DNA of 64,000 bases, taken from the NCBI GenBank assembly GCA_951406725.2, contig OX597827.1, positions 79,732,001-79,796,000 on the forward strand. Reading direction: 5' to 3'. Source of the DNA: Octopus vulgaris. Its lineage: Eukaryota. The stretch's first letter is position 1, and every line of letters begins with the position of its first letter. Shown here in pieces: positions 24,592 through 38,600 of the stretch. The position numbers and the translations under genes were made by a program. The notes under the pieces are model-generated. The model made no database searches. It was given only the letters and a program-made list of their open reading frames with translations, and was not told where the DNA came from.

Positions 24592-26964
24592 CTTAGAAAC
24601 TTTGGGGAGGCTTCTCATAATTGTTGATGTTTTCCATTCCATTTGTGGTCCTTCTTCTGGCTGAAATTGGTTCCTAGATCTATTTGACTGGTTATTTCTG
24701 TTAAGCATCTCTTCTGGGTGCATGCTGCTAGGGGTAGTAGTAGTTTGATAGATCAGCTGCCTCATTTCTGTGCGAGATTGATATGGTGGGTTTCCCCGGG
24801 CTCTCACAGAGCCATTTCTTCCATTATTGCATCGGACAACACAGAGCGTTATAGAAATCACAATTGCCACAGATATTATCACAGCTGAAACTACAATTAT
24901 AATTACCCACGTTACATCAATCATACTGTCAGATTGTATTTGAACAGCAGTTAATGATGGAGATGTCTTGTTACTAACAGTTAAGGTCAAAGATATTGTA
25001 ACTGATGCCGAAAGAACTGGAGTACCGCTGTCTTTGACCCTAAACTGCAGTTGATATGATCCAGCATCATTTTGGTAAACTTTTCGAGAGAAAGACAAAG
25101 TGCCAGTGTAAGAATTGATTACAAATAACCGATTGTTGTTTCCTTTTAGAATTTCATATCTCAAGAAAGCATTTTCCCTGCTGTCTCTGTCAGAGGCTTT
25201 CAGAACTGTGATGTCGTTGTTACTTTGAGGATGATAGTGGACATCAAGACTAAAAGGATTAACACTAGGAAATGTAAAATAAGGGGCATTATCATTTTCA
25301 TCTAAAATTTCAATGGTGATATTTGCTGTGTTATTCAGAGATGGTCTTCCTTTATCTTTAACTAAAACTTTAAACGCATAAATATGTTGTTTTTCTCTGT
25401 CAAGTGACATAGATGTCGATATGAATCCTGAATCAGTGATTTGGAAGGGAAGAAAGTCTCCATTGTAACCAAACAAAGTATATGTTAGTTGACCTCCAGA
25501 TCCTAGATCTGGGTCTGTGGCATTGATATAACCTACTGGGAACTTATCTTTCTCATTTTCAAATGTCAGAAATTTAAAAGAATCTGAGATAAAGTGTGGT
25601 TGAACATCATTAACATCCATCACTTGTAGAAAAAATCTTTTCTGTACTTTGCGAGAAGGGGATCCTTTGTCTTCACATGACAAGGTAATATCATAGTGGT
25701 CCTCAGCCTCCCTATCCACTTGGCTTTTCATTACTATTTTATACTCTTTAGAACCCATTGATAAGAGCTTGAATTTTTCATGTTTGATATCACAGCTGAC
25801 CTGTCCATTGTGTCCTACATCGTTGTCAGTGACCATCACATAGGCAATGAAACTACCAACTTTGATATCTTCAGAGATAGTTGCTGTGTCATCACTTAGA
25901 GCTGAAACAAAATCTATATCAATGGTTGGAGGATTATTGTGTTGGTTGATAACATTTACTAAAACTGTTGCCATAGAACTGAGAGGAGGGCTACCTGCAT
26001 CTCTGGCTTCGATATATAATTTATATGTAAGTTTTTCATCAAGGTTGTAATGTTTTTGTAAAAATATCTCTCCTGTAGTCTTATTCAAACTAAAATGACT
26101 TTTCACTACATCAGAAGTCATTGGACTAAAGAAGTATGTAACTTTGTTGTTCTGTCCTTGATCAAGATCTGTTGTAGATAAAACAGCAACAGGCAAATGA
26201 ATGTTTGGTATATTTCTAATTGAAATATTATATATTTTCTGGGAGAAAATTGGTCGGTTGTCATTCTCATCCTTGATAGAAATTTCAACCACTAAGGAAC
26301 TTCTTTGAGTAGGTGAACCCCCGTCACTAGCAATAAGTTGGATGCGGTAGTTACTTTTTACTTCTCTGTCTAGTGTCTGATCTAAAACAATTTCAAGGGT
26401 GGATATGCCATCTGCTCTTTTCGAAACAAACAATGAAAATGGTTCCTCTTGAAGCTTTTCGAGTTGATAATGAATTTGTGAATTGAGAATGCCTACATCT
26501 CTGTCTATGGCATTAGGGATCGATTTTCTTGCTCCTTTGCGATCATTTTCTGAGAATTCAATGCTAATACTTTTACCAGGAAACTCAGGCCGATGATCAT
26601 TGGCATCTTCTATTATTACTTTTATTTTTAGAATTCTCATAAAAGTCTTGGCTTTTCGGACAGCAGCCTTGACAATTTTAAAACATTCTTTATTATATGT
26701 ACACAAAGTCTCTGCATCCAGTTTCTGAGCAGTGTACAGTTTTCCTGATTTGGTGACATTGAACAGTTGAGAACCTACTCTTTGCAACAGGCTGAATGCT
26801 ATCAGCCTGCTGTCTCCAGGTAAAACACTGCCCAGTAGCTGAGAGTCAGCTGCAATGTCGCCGATGTATGTAGCTGGACTTCTTTCTTCTTTCACATGAT
26901 AAATAAGGTCCACGCACAAAGAAACATGTAGAAATGAAAATGAAAACCATATTTTCATCAACAT
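24592..26964 (-). CDS. Protocadherin, large first coding exon (signal peptide, 6 EC repeats, TM, proximal cytoplasmic tail; 791 codons)
   Basis: 828-aa ORF with signal peptide MLMKIWFSFSFLHVSLC. EC-end motifs DANDHRP, DENDNRP, NQHNNPP, DVNDVQP, DENDNAP; LDRE/VDRE and AxDxD motifs; C-x5-C (CTYNKEC) in EC1; TM VTWVIIIVVSAVIISVAIVISITLCVV. A strong donor AAG|GTAAGC follows codon 791 (intron starts at 24591), so the last 37 aa of the ORF track are probably intronic. Confidence 0.96.
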
Positions 26965-27182
26965 ATTCCACTTTGTAGTATGAAAACTTCAGATGCAACG
27001 GTAAAATAAACCTGGAATTAAAAGAAAAATGGAAACACTTTAGTCTTTTATCTGACACAGTCTGATTTGCAAGTTTATTCCAAATAAGATAATCATAGAG
27101 TTTCAAATATTAATAACCATTTTTTTTTATACATTTCTCCATGTGAACTCAACTCTTCCCTGTTTAAATAATAATTTCTAAG
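26965..27182 (-). other. Candidate 5' UTR part of the protocadherin large exon
   Basis: Acceptor-like ggattactttttacag| ending at 27183, 218 nt upstream of the ATG; implies upstream non-coding exon(s). Confidence 0.35.
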
Positions 27183-27879
27183 CTGTAAAAAGTAATCCAA
27201 AGCTAAAGGTATATCCCAAAATTAAGTATATAACATCTAAGTACCAAGTCTTATAATTTGTGGAAAGAGACCCTGAAAGACTCTGTGAAACCTTTGACAA
27301 CTGGTTGCTGTCTGCTATCACAGAATTAACTGGAGCAAGTAAGATCGAGAGCTTTAGGAAGTAAAATTTAATAATGATAATGATAGTAATAATGATTTAC
27401 TAAAATTTAGTAACTAGGTCTCTGCCCACAAAGCCTATTTATGTCAGCTGTACAGATCACAAATTTTAGTTTGTTTAGCTGATGATTGTAAAATATGGAC
27501 AACCCATGCTATACTTATCTACTGGCCTTCAGAATACACTATCTAGATACTTTCTGGATGATACAGTTTGTCCACATCCACATTGGCACATCTAGGACAC
27601 CCAGATGGTACCTGACAGAAGGTGGGAAACATCTGAGCAGGTATGTGAGCTTTTTGCACCCAGTATCCCATCAGCTTGTCCCACACAGTCTCTGAGACTA
27701 TCCATGACTCTGTTTCAGTTGCCTACTAGCTCTAAAAAGTAGGACATTTCTTTGAAGGCCTCCAGTTGTTTGAAGAAATCAGTCTGCCCCACCCCTGTCT
27801 AGGTGTACATGGCATACAATGAAAAGGAAGAGATATATACATAATATACAAAGGTTTTTAAAAAAAGGTGGGGGGGATG

Positions 27880-28325
27880 ATAGCGATGTAGCCTTCCTGA
27901 TATAGGATGACCTCTAGAGATAATTGAGGAATCTCACTGTCTGAGATTTCCCTGAACACCAAGAGCAAGTGCTCTCTCCAATTCCTTCTCTCCAATTCGC
28001 AGGTCTTCACTTAGAGAGGTACCATCCACTCTTGCGATTTTCGCAACTTTCACCCACCTTTCAATTAGCTCACTTGAGGACAGCACTTCCTTCTCCACTT
28101 TCAATTACCTTTTCAAGTCTAACTTGAAGATGAAGAAGTCAATGAGAGCTCTGCCAAAGAGGAATCTATCTGTCCTCATGCCTTTCAGCCTTGTCCACCA
28201 AAACAGCCTCTTTCACCACAGCCACCAGGCAAAGGAAAACTGCCTTGTCTGCTTGACTGAAAGAGAGCAGTGGGGGCAATCATCACTATGTATTTGGCCA
28301 ATAGAATCTTTGTCAGAAATGGAGG
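27880..28325 (-). mobile_element. Probable Tx1/L1-clade ORF2 C-terminal fragment
   Basis: Minus strand reads WWTRLKGMRTDRFLFGRALIDFF...LKVEKEVLSSSELIERWVKVAKIARVDG, resembling Tx1-like C-termini as I recall them. Confidence 0.5.
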
Positions 28326-28429
28326 TTTGATGTAGGAAGTACATGGCAGAGTCATTGGGTAGAAAGTGTACTTGAGTCAGAAACATGTAAGCTTTTGTGG
28401 AATTTTCCAATTCAAATAGATAAGAAGAT

Positions 28430-28840
28430 AGAACATAATGAGCCAGGTATTACAATAATAGATATGGAAAAGCTAATTTGCTTATCATCATGTCCGTTTG
28501 ATACCAGTATTATGAAGAAATCAAATGAAAAGTTCAAAAACTAGAACCCCTTAAAATTTGAGACTGCAAGGATTAGGAACCTGAAATCTGTAAAGGTTGT
28601 ACTTGTGATAATTGGTGCATTAGCAACTGTGAGTGATGGTATTGACAAATGAATAAAGAAGATTGGAATGGAATGTCCTGTAGAGCTTCTAGGAACAGGG
28701 AAGATCATCAGAAGGGTTTTGAGCATTTGATGGCTTATTGAAATCATATTAGATATTCAAGTTTACAGGGAGTAACCTGCTGCTCACAAATTCTCCCAGG
28801 AATAAAACCAACACTGAATCAATTCAAATAATTATAATAA
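28430..28840 (+). mobile_element. R4/Dong-like 3' fragment
   Basis: VKVVLVIIGALATVS..I.K*IKKIGMECPVELL; ends in aataattataataa. Confidence 0.65.
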
Positions 28841-29146
28841 GCTAATTTGCAGTACCCACAGAAATTCTGCAATTATTTTTTTAAACTATGAGATTGCAGG
28901 AAATTTATAGAGACTCATTAAAAATACATATTTGGCAAACATTTTAAGCAATGGAATGAAATTGAAGACATTATTTATAATATGATTTTGCTACTTTACA
29001 ACTGTGACAATAAGGCTTTAATATATTTTATGTTCTGACATCCTTACTTTGATATCAAAGAAAATTGCATATGGCTGGACTTGAACCCACAGCCTCAGTG
29101 AATGAAATGCAACAACTGAGCTGTGGATTCTTAGGAAAAGAATCAG

Positions 29147-29188
<42 letters not shown>

Positions 29189-30704
29189 CTTAATCTAAAA
29201 TATTTGTTTGTCTATCAGTTATTTTACAAATAATGTAAATATTATGTCTATAATAGATTATTTTTTTACATCGTTCCAGAGCTTATCAATCATCTTATGA
29301 ATAAATGTTGCCTATAACAGATTATGTCTACAATTTCAATCCATAGTTTGTCAGTCAACTACTTAATGAATAATATAAATGCTGTATGTCTTAATTGATG
29401 GAGTTTATTTAAAGCATTACATAAATATACAATAATAGAATAATATTATAGTTGATGGAATCCGTTTATAAATTATTCAAAGGGCCATTCATCCATGGTT
29501 TGTTTCCAGAGCTGTATTGTGGCCATCAACACTTTACCTTAGCCCAACCTCCTTATTGTCAATATGCATCATGGCCATGTACAATGGGATGAATCAGCCT
29601 CCTTATTTTTATTATTAGGACATTTTAAATTAATTCTTTTCCTGACATAAGAACAATAGTTGGAAATATGCAAACCTCAAATTTTAAGCACAGAGTTAGT
29701 TCCATAAAAATCCAAGCCAAATATCAATAACTAAGCTGCCGTCATATACACTAATGTAAACTGTTGGAGATATCTCTTCAGCTTGAATTGTCTGTGGTGA
29801 TAACAATGTAAATACAATTCCATTTTGAATATCAAATACAGATATCTACTCAAGTGGAAAATTTCAGTTCAAACATTTTATCTATTTGAGTTGAGATGGT
29901 GCATTACATAAACATGTGTTGTATATCTTTCAGTTCAGGTCATTGCTTGAAAAGCTTTCAAAACTGTATAATCAGACATCAGAATCTCCCTGTTCAGATA
30001 TCATAATCTGTAGTATGTTAAAAGGGTGGAGGAGATAGTCTTGGCAACGGTACATCAGACTGAATATGTTAGAATATGTGATGTTTTTCCTTTCTGTTTA
30101 ATGTTGAATCCTTTCTGAGATCAATAAGTACCAGTAATATACTAGTTAAATTCAAAAGACTACAAAAGTTGATCAAGCATCTTATTGATATAATCCTTTT
30201 AACTTGATCAAGAAATATGATTGGCTGATGAAGATTTTATGAATTCGTATTCAAAAGTTTATAAAAGTTACTTCACTTGCAACAAAAGAAGGCAAAATAT
30301 CCGGTCATCACACTTATTTATTTAGTCCATACAATGATTGTAAAGGGATTAAAGGAGGCTACAGTGTAAACATTTATTTTATGGCCCCCTTGGTCATTAC
30401 CAATTCTGAGAGAAAGAGGAAACAAACTCCAGTTTTTAACTGGTACTTAATTTATTAATCCTGAAGTGATGAAAGGCAAAGCAACTCTTGGAGGGATTTG
30501 AACTCATAACACATATAGCTAGAACAAATATAAGACATGCTATCCAATCCTCTAACAACTTTTCCAATTTACTATCTTCCATTCACCATAACAATGAGTA
30601 TCCAATTCAAATTTCTATTCATCCATTCATTCTACAACCCCTACATAGATACACACATGCAAAATTGGTTGTAGGATATGTATATATATTAAAGTAAAGG
30701 TGGG

Positions 30705-31110
30705 TAGATTCTTTCTTTTATTTTTTACTTGTTTTAGTCATTTGACTGTGGCTATGCTGGAGCACCACTTTGAGGGGTTTTAGCTTAACAAATTAACCCC
30801 AGGACTTATTTTTTAAGCCTACTAATTCTATCAGTCTCTATTACTGAACTACTATGTTATGGGGATGTAAACACACCAACACCAGCTGTCAAACAGTGGT
30901 GATAGGGGGGAAAACACAGACACAAGGACATGCACACTTAGATATATACATATATACATGATGGGCTTCTTTCAGTTTCTGTCTACCAAATCCACTCCTG
31001 AGGCTTTGGTTGGCCCAAGGCTATAGTAGAAGACATTTGCCCAAGGTGCTAGGCAGTGGGACCAAACCCTAAGCCATGTGGTTGGGAAGCAAGCTTCTTA
31101 CCACACAGTC
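30705..31110 (-). mobile_element. SINE family B, near full length
   Basis: aagcttcttaccacacagtc is the reversed head; body is the reverse complement of 47855-48180. Confidence 0.8.
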
Positions 31111-32994
31111 ATATATATATTAAAGGGGATCTATGATGGAGATAATTAGCGTAAACACATTAAAAAGAAGACAGGGGTCTAAATCTTTGTAATAATAATA
31201 TTAGTATGATATTAGGGATAACAGATTGTTTGATAATTCTGGGCCATTAAAAAGAGATGATATGGGAAAGGAAAGGCAGTAGAATTATCAAAATCAAAAT
31301 AGTAAGCATGACATTGATCATGCATTAAGTTTAATCATAAATGAGTGTGCTTGTGTTTCAACCTTATAGGTATATATAGGTGTTAAGGATTCATCAAGAG
31401 GAATTTATGACAAAAACACTGGTTTAATTTTGACCATAAAATTTATATTGTCCAAGAATAAAGATGACTTAATTATGTAATAACTAAGTCTTAAAAAAAA
31501 TGCGTATCAAATTCAACAACATCTTAATAGTCTAAATCAATTTAAATTCCCCTTGCATTGACACAGACATTACATACCCAAACAATTAAATGAAGCGTAT
31601 TAGAAACTTAATTTCAAAAACATACAGAAACTAATAATAATAGATTACATTTATAGAAGACACATATAACGACAAGCCTAGTAAATAATTGCTTGCTTCA
31701 TTCTCAAATGGTAAGATTGCTCTAGAGAAAGAGAAGAGCTAAGCAAAACACTAGATTCAATAAATATAGTAATTTTATGAAGAAAAAATAGATAAGACCT
31801 TGTTGGGATTCTGAAAACAAGCAAACAATAAAAGTAAACTTGCTAGATGACCTGTCAAAATATTGGTGAATCAATAAGAAAAGTGGAAAGGTTATCTTTT
31901 AGACACTCATATGGTTTCTTACTTAGAATTCCCAACCTCTCAAGGTTCTGGTCTTCATACACACTTGCAGTAGCAGTAGTACACACATGCACATTCATAC
32001 AACCCTTCATATACACATTCACATTTACAATCATTCTCTCTCATACACATTTACTATTACACACAAACATGCACACACACACACACACAAACATGCGCAC
32101 ATACACACTCACACACACACACACTGAAAGGAACAGACTGACAATGGAATGAAATTCTGAAATATTATTTTGTGCAGTAAGACATTAATAAACCCAAAAT
32201 CTATGAATAGTTTTCTGAAACATTCCAAAGATGTTTACTCTTCATAATATTCAGTTGTAATTTAAATGTTGTGAACTGGAAATGTTAAACTGATATAATG
32301 AAATGTGACAAGTTGTTTATTTTACATTATTGTTGTTATTACCTTTCACTTTTCACCAAAGTCAAAAGATGAAAATTAGAACTACAAATGTAGTTGGATG
32401 TAGATCAGCACACTTGAGAAGATGAAAAGAAACAAGGGAAAAATAATGGTGAATGGAAAAAAAAAATAATAAAAACCCCCCAGATATGACAAAGATTAAG
32501 AAACACACTTTGAAAATGACTTTTTACTAAAACATATCCAGTTGACAAAATGAAGAATTTACAGCTTTACTGTCAATATCTGTTGTTTTCCCTCTTTTCA
32601 AATAAGATGGAAAAATTTGATCAAAATGTAATATTTTTGTCTTTATTTGTTTGACACAATGCTTCTTCTTGTTTAGAAAGTGTCATTTGGATACTTAATG
32701 TTACAAACAATAATTAAAGCAGCGTTTTGTCATATAGGTGAAAAGAAAGTTGAATTATTTAGATATTCTTTTATTCTTTTATGTTTCAGTCCAAAGGCTG
32801 TATAATATTCAACATAACATTTATAGAATACATATTTGCCAAAATTCATTGGTTAATTTATATTATCTCATTTATTATAAGCTAATATATTTAATGATCT
32901 TGCTATCTGTTAATCAAACAAGCATAATTAATGATTTCTTAGAAAAAGTCTTAAATATGCAGTGACCTAATCATTTACTATCACCAATATCCTC

Positions 32995-34330
32995 AATTAT
33001 ATTAATAATTAAATGTCCATTTTTCTATGCTGATATGGGTCAGACAGGTCTACTATGCAGTATTCTGGCATGATTCTTTGTCATCTCAATGTGAAGTCTA
33101 CAAGTTTGGCATCATATCCGATATTTTCACTTTTTCCTTAGTTTCCTTTAGTCATTCTCTGAAATAACCCCTTTTGTTGGTACATAGCACCTTTCTTATT
33201 CGGCACTCATCAGTCATCAACATCATAGATATCTCTCCTGGATACATTTGCTAATGCATCCAACCAGTCTCTCAGCTGATTTGCATCCCTCTATTCATGC
33301 AAGTTAACATTAGAGATTAGATCATGCATACTTTATTTCTCTTTGCCCTTCACATATAAGCCTTCAATGCCCATATCTTACCACCATACATCACACTTTA
33401 TACAGACTTCATAAATCTTCCCTTTGCAATGAGGAAGAACTTTTTTTTTTTGTCAACAGTTAACAGCTCCTTGAACTATCATCCAGCTTCCTTACTTTAA
33501 TTACAATCACCTCAAGCACTAGTTTGGTAATTTAGATCAGTGGTTCTCAACTATTTATTTTTTTTATCTTTTGGTCATTCTTCTGAAATTAACTCATCTG
33601 CATGCCTCTCACTTACAGATGCTATGAGTTTTATAAAAAATGTATATACCATTTGAAATATTTATTATTGCAGTTGCATCATATAAAAATAAAATATTTG
33701 TCAAACTTTACAAAGACAACTATTTCTATGCAAATTAAGTCGTATATTAGCAAACAAAATTCTGTTTCAAATGCTTAAAATGCACAAAAAATTATCACTT
33801 TGCAATTCAGAGTCAATTGGTAGCCATAACAGTGTCAAATACCTTCATAGAAGAATACATATATTATAGTGTTTATGTGGTTGACTTGTATTTGAGATTT
33901 AGTAGCTAGATAGTACATAATAATAAACTATTATAGTGATCAATATTTATGCTGCAAAAAAAAAAGGCATAAGGAATGACAAGTGAAGATGATGAGAAAA
34001 TTATCCTAAGTCTGGCATGTATGACTCTTATAAGCTTCTGCAACCCCTTTATGCCCAGGTCTTTTTTACATTGCTTCTAAAGGTGTAATATTCCATCCCT
34101 TAGGGCCATGTGACTCCCAACTGAGAATCACTGATCTTGGTAATGGAAACCATTTACTGCTTCTAGTGAGTCATGAATTTCAGTATACTTCCACTGGAGC
34201 AACCTCAAATACCACCTTCGTCAGTATCATATTTATCTTACACACTTACATAGTTTCTTCATGAATTACAGTTTCTTAGTTGATACATTCTTCATCTTTT
34301 CATCATGAAATTTTTTCAAACCACTATAAT
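32995..34330 (-). mobile_element. Highly decayed RTE-like LINE fragment interrupted by a MITE
   Basis: Minus strand at ~33350-33430 resembles KGRLYEACVRSVMLYGSETWAL with frameshifts. Similar decayed sequence resumes after 34133. Confidence 0.45.
33538..34133. mobile_element. Non-autonomous hAT (Charlie/Buster-type) element
   Basis: TIRs CAGTGGTTCTCAA / CTGAGAATCACTG. Flanking 8-mers atttagat and atcttggt both approximate NTCTAGAN. Confidence 0.7.
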
Positions 34331-37300
34331 AAATCCTTACTTTTACTTATAGCTTGTGAACTATTCATATACACAAAGTCCTACTTCTCTGCCATATTGC
34401 CAGAGATCCACAAACGTTTTGTATATATACATTGCTTGTACATTAACCTACAAAGGTACTGCGATGATAGAAATTGCTGTCAAATCTGCCTTGAATTACT
34501 TCCTATATAAAAACACTAGAGGGTCACAGCTTGCATATATTTGATCATAGGTTTGATCAATCAGATCTGATCTGGAGTTAAATAATGACAATGCTTGCAT
34601 TAAAACCATGATAATGAGTTCTTACCAATTCTCTTCCTTCATATAATGCAAGACTCTTTGCAACTAGAGACAACTTCAATGTAAAAATAATACTGTATTT
34701 TTAAGGGTGTATTTATACTATTTCCAGTTATGTCAAATTTGATGAATTCCATTTATACCAACATATACATTACTGAATTTGTTTGATACCTTTTGTTTTT
34801 AATATTTTTATTTTTGTAATGTTTTATTTCTTCTGGACCAATATTACTTGCTATGAAAGGTACAAGAAAGTGAAAATAAATAGGGCTAAATGCTTTACAG
34901 TTTTTAGCTTTATCTACCTACATATTGAGCTCAGATTATTCTACAACTGATTATGCTTTTCATTTCACAGGGTTTCATTCAGGTGACCATATCAAACTTA
35001 GCTTACCAAAAATCCAAAGCCTTGTAAGAATGTAAAATATTGATATTAAGTATTATATATAACTCTAAGGTGAACATGATTTTATGGGTAAGAAAAATAC
35101 CAATATTTCTAATAGATAAGTCAAAATTTTCAAATAAAATTTCTAAGAGAGGATACTCTATTACTCATCCAAATTATAAATAAAACATCAGCTGTTGATA
35201 AATGAAAGGATACAATTAAATTATCGCTTATGAAGGATTTCAATCATCTTCATTTGGCACTTACACATACATTTCATCAAATTCTGATTGTTTGTAGTTT
35301 GTCTCTGTGGAGCCATTCTTTTTATTTGAATATATCAACTAATTAGAAGTCTTCATTAATCCATCTTTATTTGTGATCTACTGAATCATATTTATTGTTT
35401 GTTGACTGAATAGTGAATAAAATGAAACCTGCTGATACATATAAGAGAGAATAAAAATGTAACAAAACATTGATAAAAACTTTACAGAATATGATCTTTT
35501 AGAGCTTATTATTTGTATTATGAATGTCTATTGAATATTAATAAAGACAAGAACACAAAGAGATGTTTATCCCAATTATAGATTAGAACATCTTTCTATG
35601 AATATTTAGTGTAATCTAATTTCAAGCATGCTTAGAATAATAATTTAAACAATAAATCAGTTTATGTCTTTGTTTTTCTGTGCAAACATTCATAATTCTT
35701 GAGAAAAGAGTTAATAATTTGATTATATATTTGAAGTAAATCTCACAATTTTATCATGTTGTTAAAAGTCAAACATGTTTGCAATGTTAACCAGGTTGTA
35801 TGATTTATTCTTATTGCATATACTTAGCTTTCTTCTTTATATGGACACATCAATACTTCATATCTTATTCACATAATCTGCATTGAAAATGTCCTTCAAA
35901 TTCCTATTATACATCCACTGTATCATTCACACTTTCACATTTATCTGCATTTCATTTGTTTTGTTCTTACATAATTTAACATGAATAATCTTTTCATATT
36001 GAAATGTGCTTCATCTTTTCATCAGGAAACTTCTCCAAACCCCCATAAACCCTATTACAACAATGTCACTATTATACCCCTATCAGTGAAGTCACACCTT
36101 ACCTTCAGTTTTCTTGACACAGATTAACAGATTATTTTCCCTAGATTAAAAAAAAAGTTTACAGAATCTTTTTGGATTCTAAATTTTGAATTTTAGTTGT
36201 GAGGGTTTTACCACTCTGCCAGTTATTGATTCAGCCCCACTTCTTAATTTTGATTATTATATGAACCAACTCTATCAAATGAATTTTAGATCAAGAAACG
36301 CAAATTACAGTCTCTTGCTCTGAATAAGTATTTGGTGAAGTACACCTCTCAGATCTGTCTAATTACCAACAGAAAATGTATAATTTATCACATTTGTAGT
36401 CAACTAAACTTCTTATGGCTCAATTCTATTTCAAGCTATTTTTTTACCATTTCTGTTATCTGTGATTTTTAGATTTAAATATTCTTAATTCCTGTCTTCT
36501 TAGCAGTTTGTGAAGCTATGCTAATCACTATTGATAAGCCTGTCATGTTTAACTTAATAAGTTGAACAGATAACTTCCTCTCCTAAATATCATAAGGCAA
36601 TTAGACTAGAGAAGTTTAAAATGTGTCTGTCTTGTTAATTTTTAGCTAATTTTTATAGTCTGTTCATTGATTTGGTGGACAATGTTACTTTCTCTTTTAT
36701 GAAGCTTCTAACTCCTTAACAACACTTCATTTTCCCTTCTGATCATTTCAAGTTTTCTCCCTCTTCTAGCTCTACTATAATTACCTCTTACTTAAATTGT
36801 GCCTACCTCAATCCTAAGTGCCATATTAACCCCTTTCTTTAACCCCTTCCCCTCAAACATCATTTCTCTGGAATCCTGTTCCTATCCATGTTTTCCCTCC
36901 AGTTGACATCTTGCAGTTGTTCAAAAAGAACATCTCTCATATTGACCTCGTCGGTCTTTCAGGCCATAGGTGCAACCGCTTTATTCTAACCAAACCACTA
37001 ACAAGAAACACACCAATTTTCTCCAACTGTGTACTTTCTGATTATTTGAAGACCCATTGCTCTCATAAACTTATCACATATCATATTCTCTCCTAGAATA
37101 TTTAGAAATTTCCTTCACACTGCTACTTAGCTAAGTAAACTACCTGCCTGGTTCTTTGTCCATTACTTTCCTCCCACTCCTCTGTTTTCTCTCTAACTTA
37201 GCATACCTCAGGCTAAGAAACAAAAGAAATGCTAAACAGTTTACTTCTGAAAAGTAGGATTCTTTCTTTTACAGCACACACACACGCACACGCACACACG

Positions 37301-38334
37301 CACACACACACACGCACACGCACACACACACGCATGCACATAAAGTATTAGAACTTTGTTGAATATATTGAAACACTGTTCACTTTCATGTTTATTTTTA
37401 TATAATGAAAAGTTTAGAGGTATCTGTTTCTGTATGAGATGCTGTAGTGGTCCATGAAAAGAATTAACCACAGAATTTTACTGGAAGGAAGATATTCAGA
37501 ATGACAGTAAAATAAAAAAAATAATAATAAAAGTAAAACTAAAATGTCAGCTCTTGCAACATGCATGACTTGCAAGTGAAATGATAGTTAACTACAGAAC
37601 CAGCACAAGTAAAATAACATCAGTGAAGAAAATGATGGAGAATCTAACAAAACACACAGATCTGACCCCTTAAGCAACACCATCAAAGTTCTACTGTTAT
37701 TTATAAAAGGAAGATAATTGACATTCAGGGAGAAAAAAATGTGCTTGCAAAGGACCCATCCAATTTCATTTTGAACAAAGGGACTAAATCAGTGGTAAAC
37801 TAGCCCCAAACTATTTAACTACAAACAAATTAGTTGTAATCTTTCTTCCAGAATGTCTATTAGAATGTTATCAATGGTTACATATGACAAAAGAAATTCA
37901 CAATACTACTTTAATAGTCATTGATAAGCAAGAAAAGTGAAGAAAAAAAAAAAAAAGAAGGTCTTCCAGTATACTACAACTTCATTAGTTGAAAGTTTAG
38001 CGCTGTTCTGTTGATGATGTCATTAGCAGAAATTTTCACAGCATTTTGTTGACAACTTCATGTGTAGAATGTTTCTCACTATTCAGTTGACATTACTATT
38101 TTTAATAAGTACACCTTACACATTATCTATGCCAATGATAAATCTATTTTTCATGTTGAATATTCTTATTGTTATTTATATCAGTAAGAAAGCCTAATAG
38201 TAGCTTTTCATCTACACGCACCATTTTATGGATAGACATTCTCATCAAACTATATAGCAACCATACATATTCTATTTCAGATTTCTAGACATACATGCAC
38301 ACACACACACACACACACACTTGTCATTATCATT

Positions 38335-38372
<38 letters not shown>

Positions 38373-38389
38373 ATCTGTTTTCCAAACTG

Positions 38390-38600
38390 TATGGGTTCGT
38401 TAGGTGTCACAGTCTATATTACTTTGCAGTATTTCGTTTGTCTTTACATTCTGAGTTCAAATTCTGCCGAGGTCAACTTTGCCTTACATACTTTCAGGGT
38501 CAATAAATTAAGTACCAGTTGCGTAATGGAGTCGATCTAATTGACTGCCCCCCCCTCTCCCAAAATTTCAGGCCTTGTGCCTGGAGTAGAAAAGAATCCA
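38390..38600 (+). mobile_element. SINE family A
   Basis: ctgagttcaaattctgccgaggtcaactttgcc..ggtcaataaattaagtaccagtt..caaaatttcaggccttgtgcct; preceded by (CA)n and (CAT)n. Confidence 0.8.
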
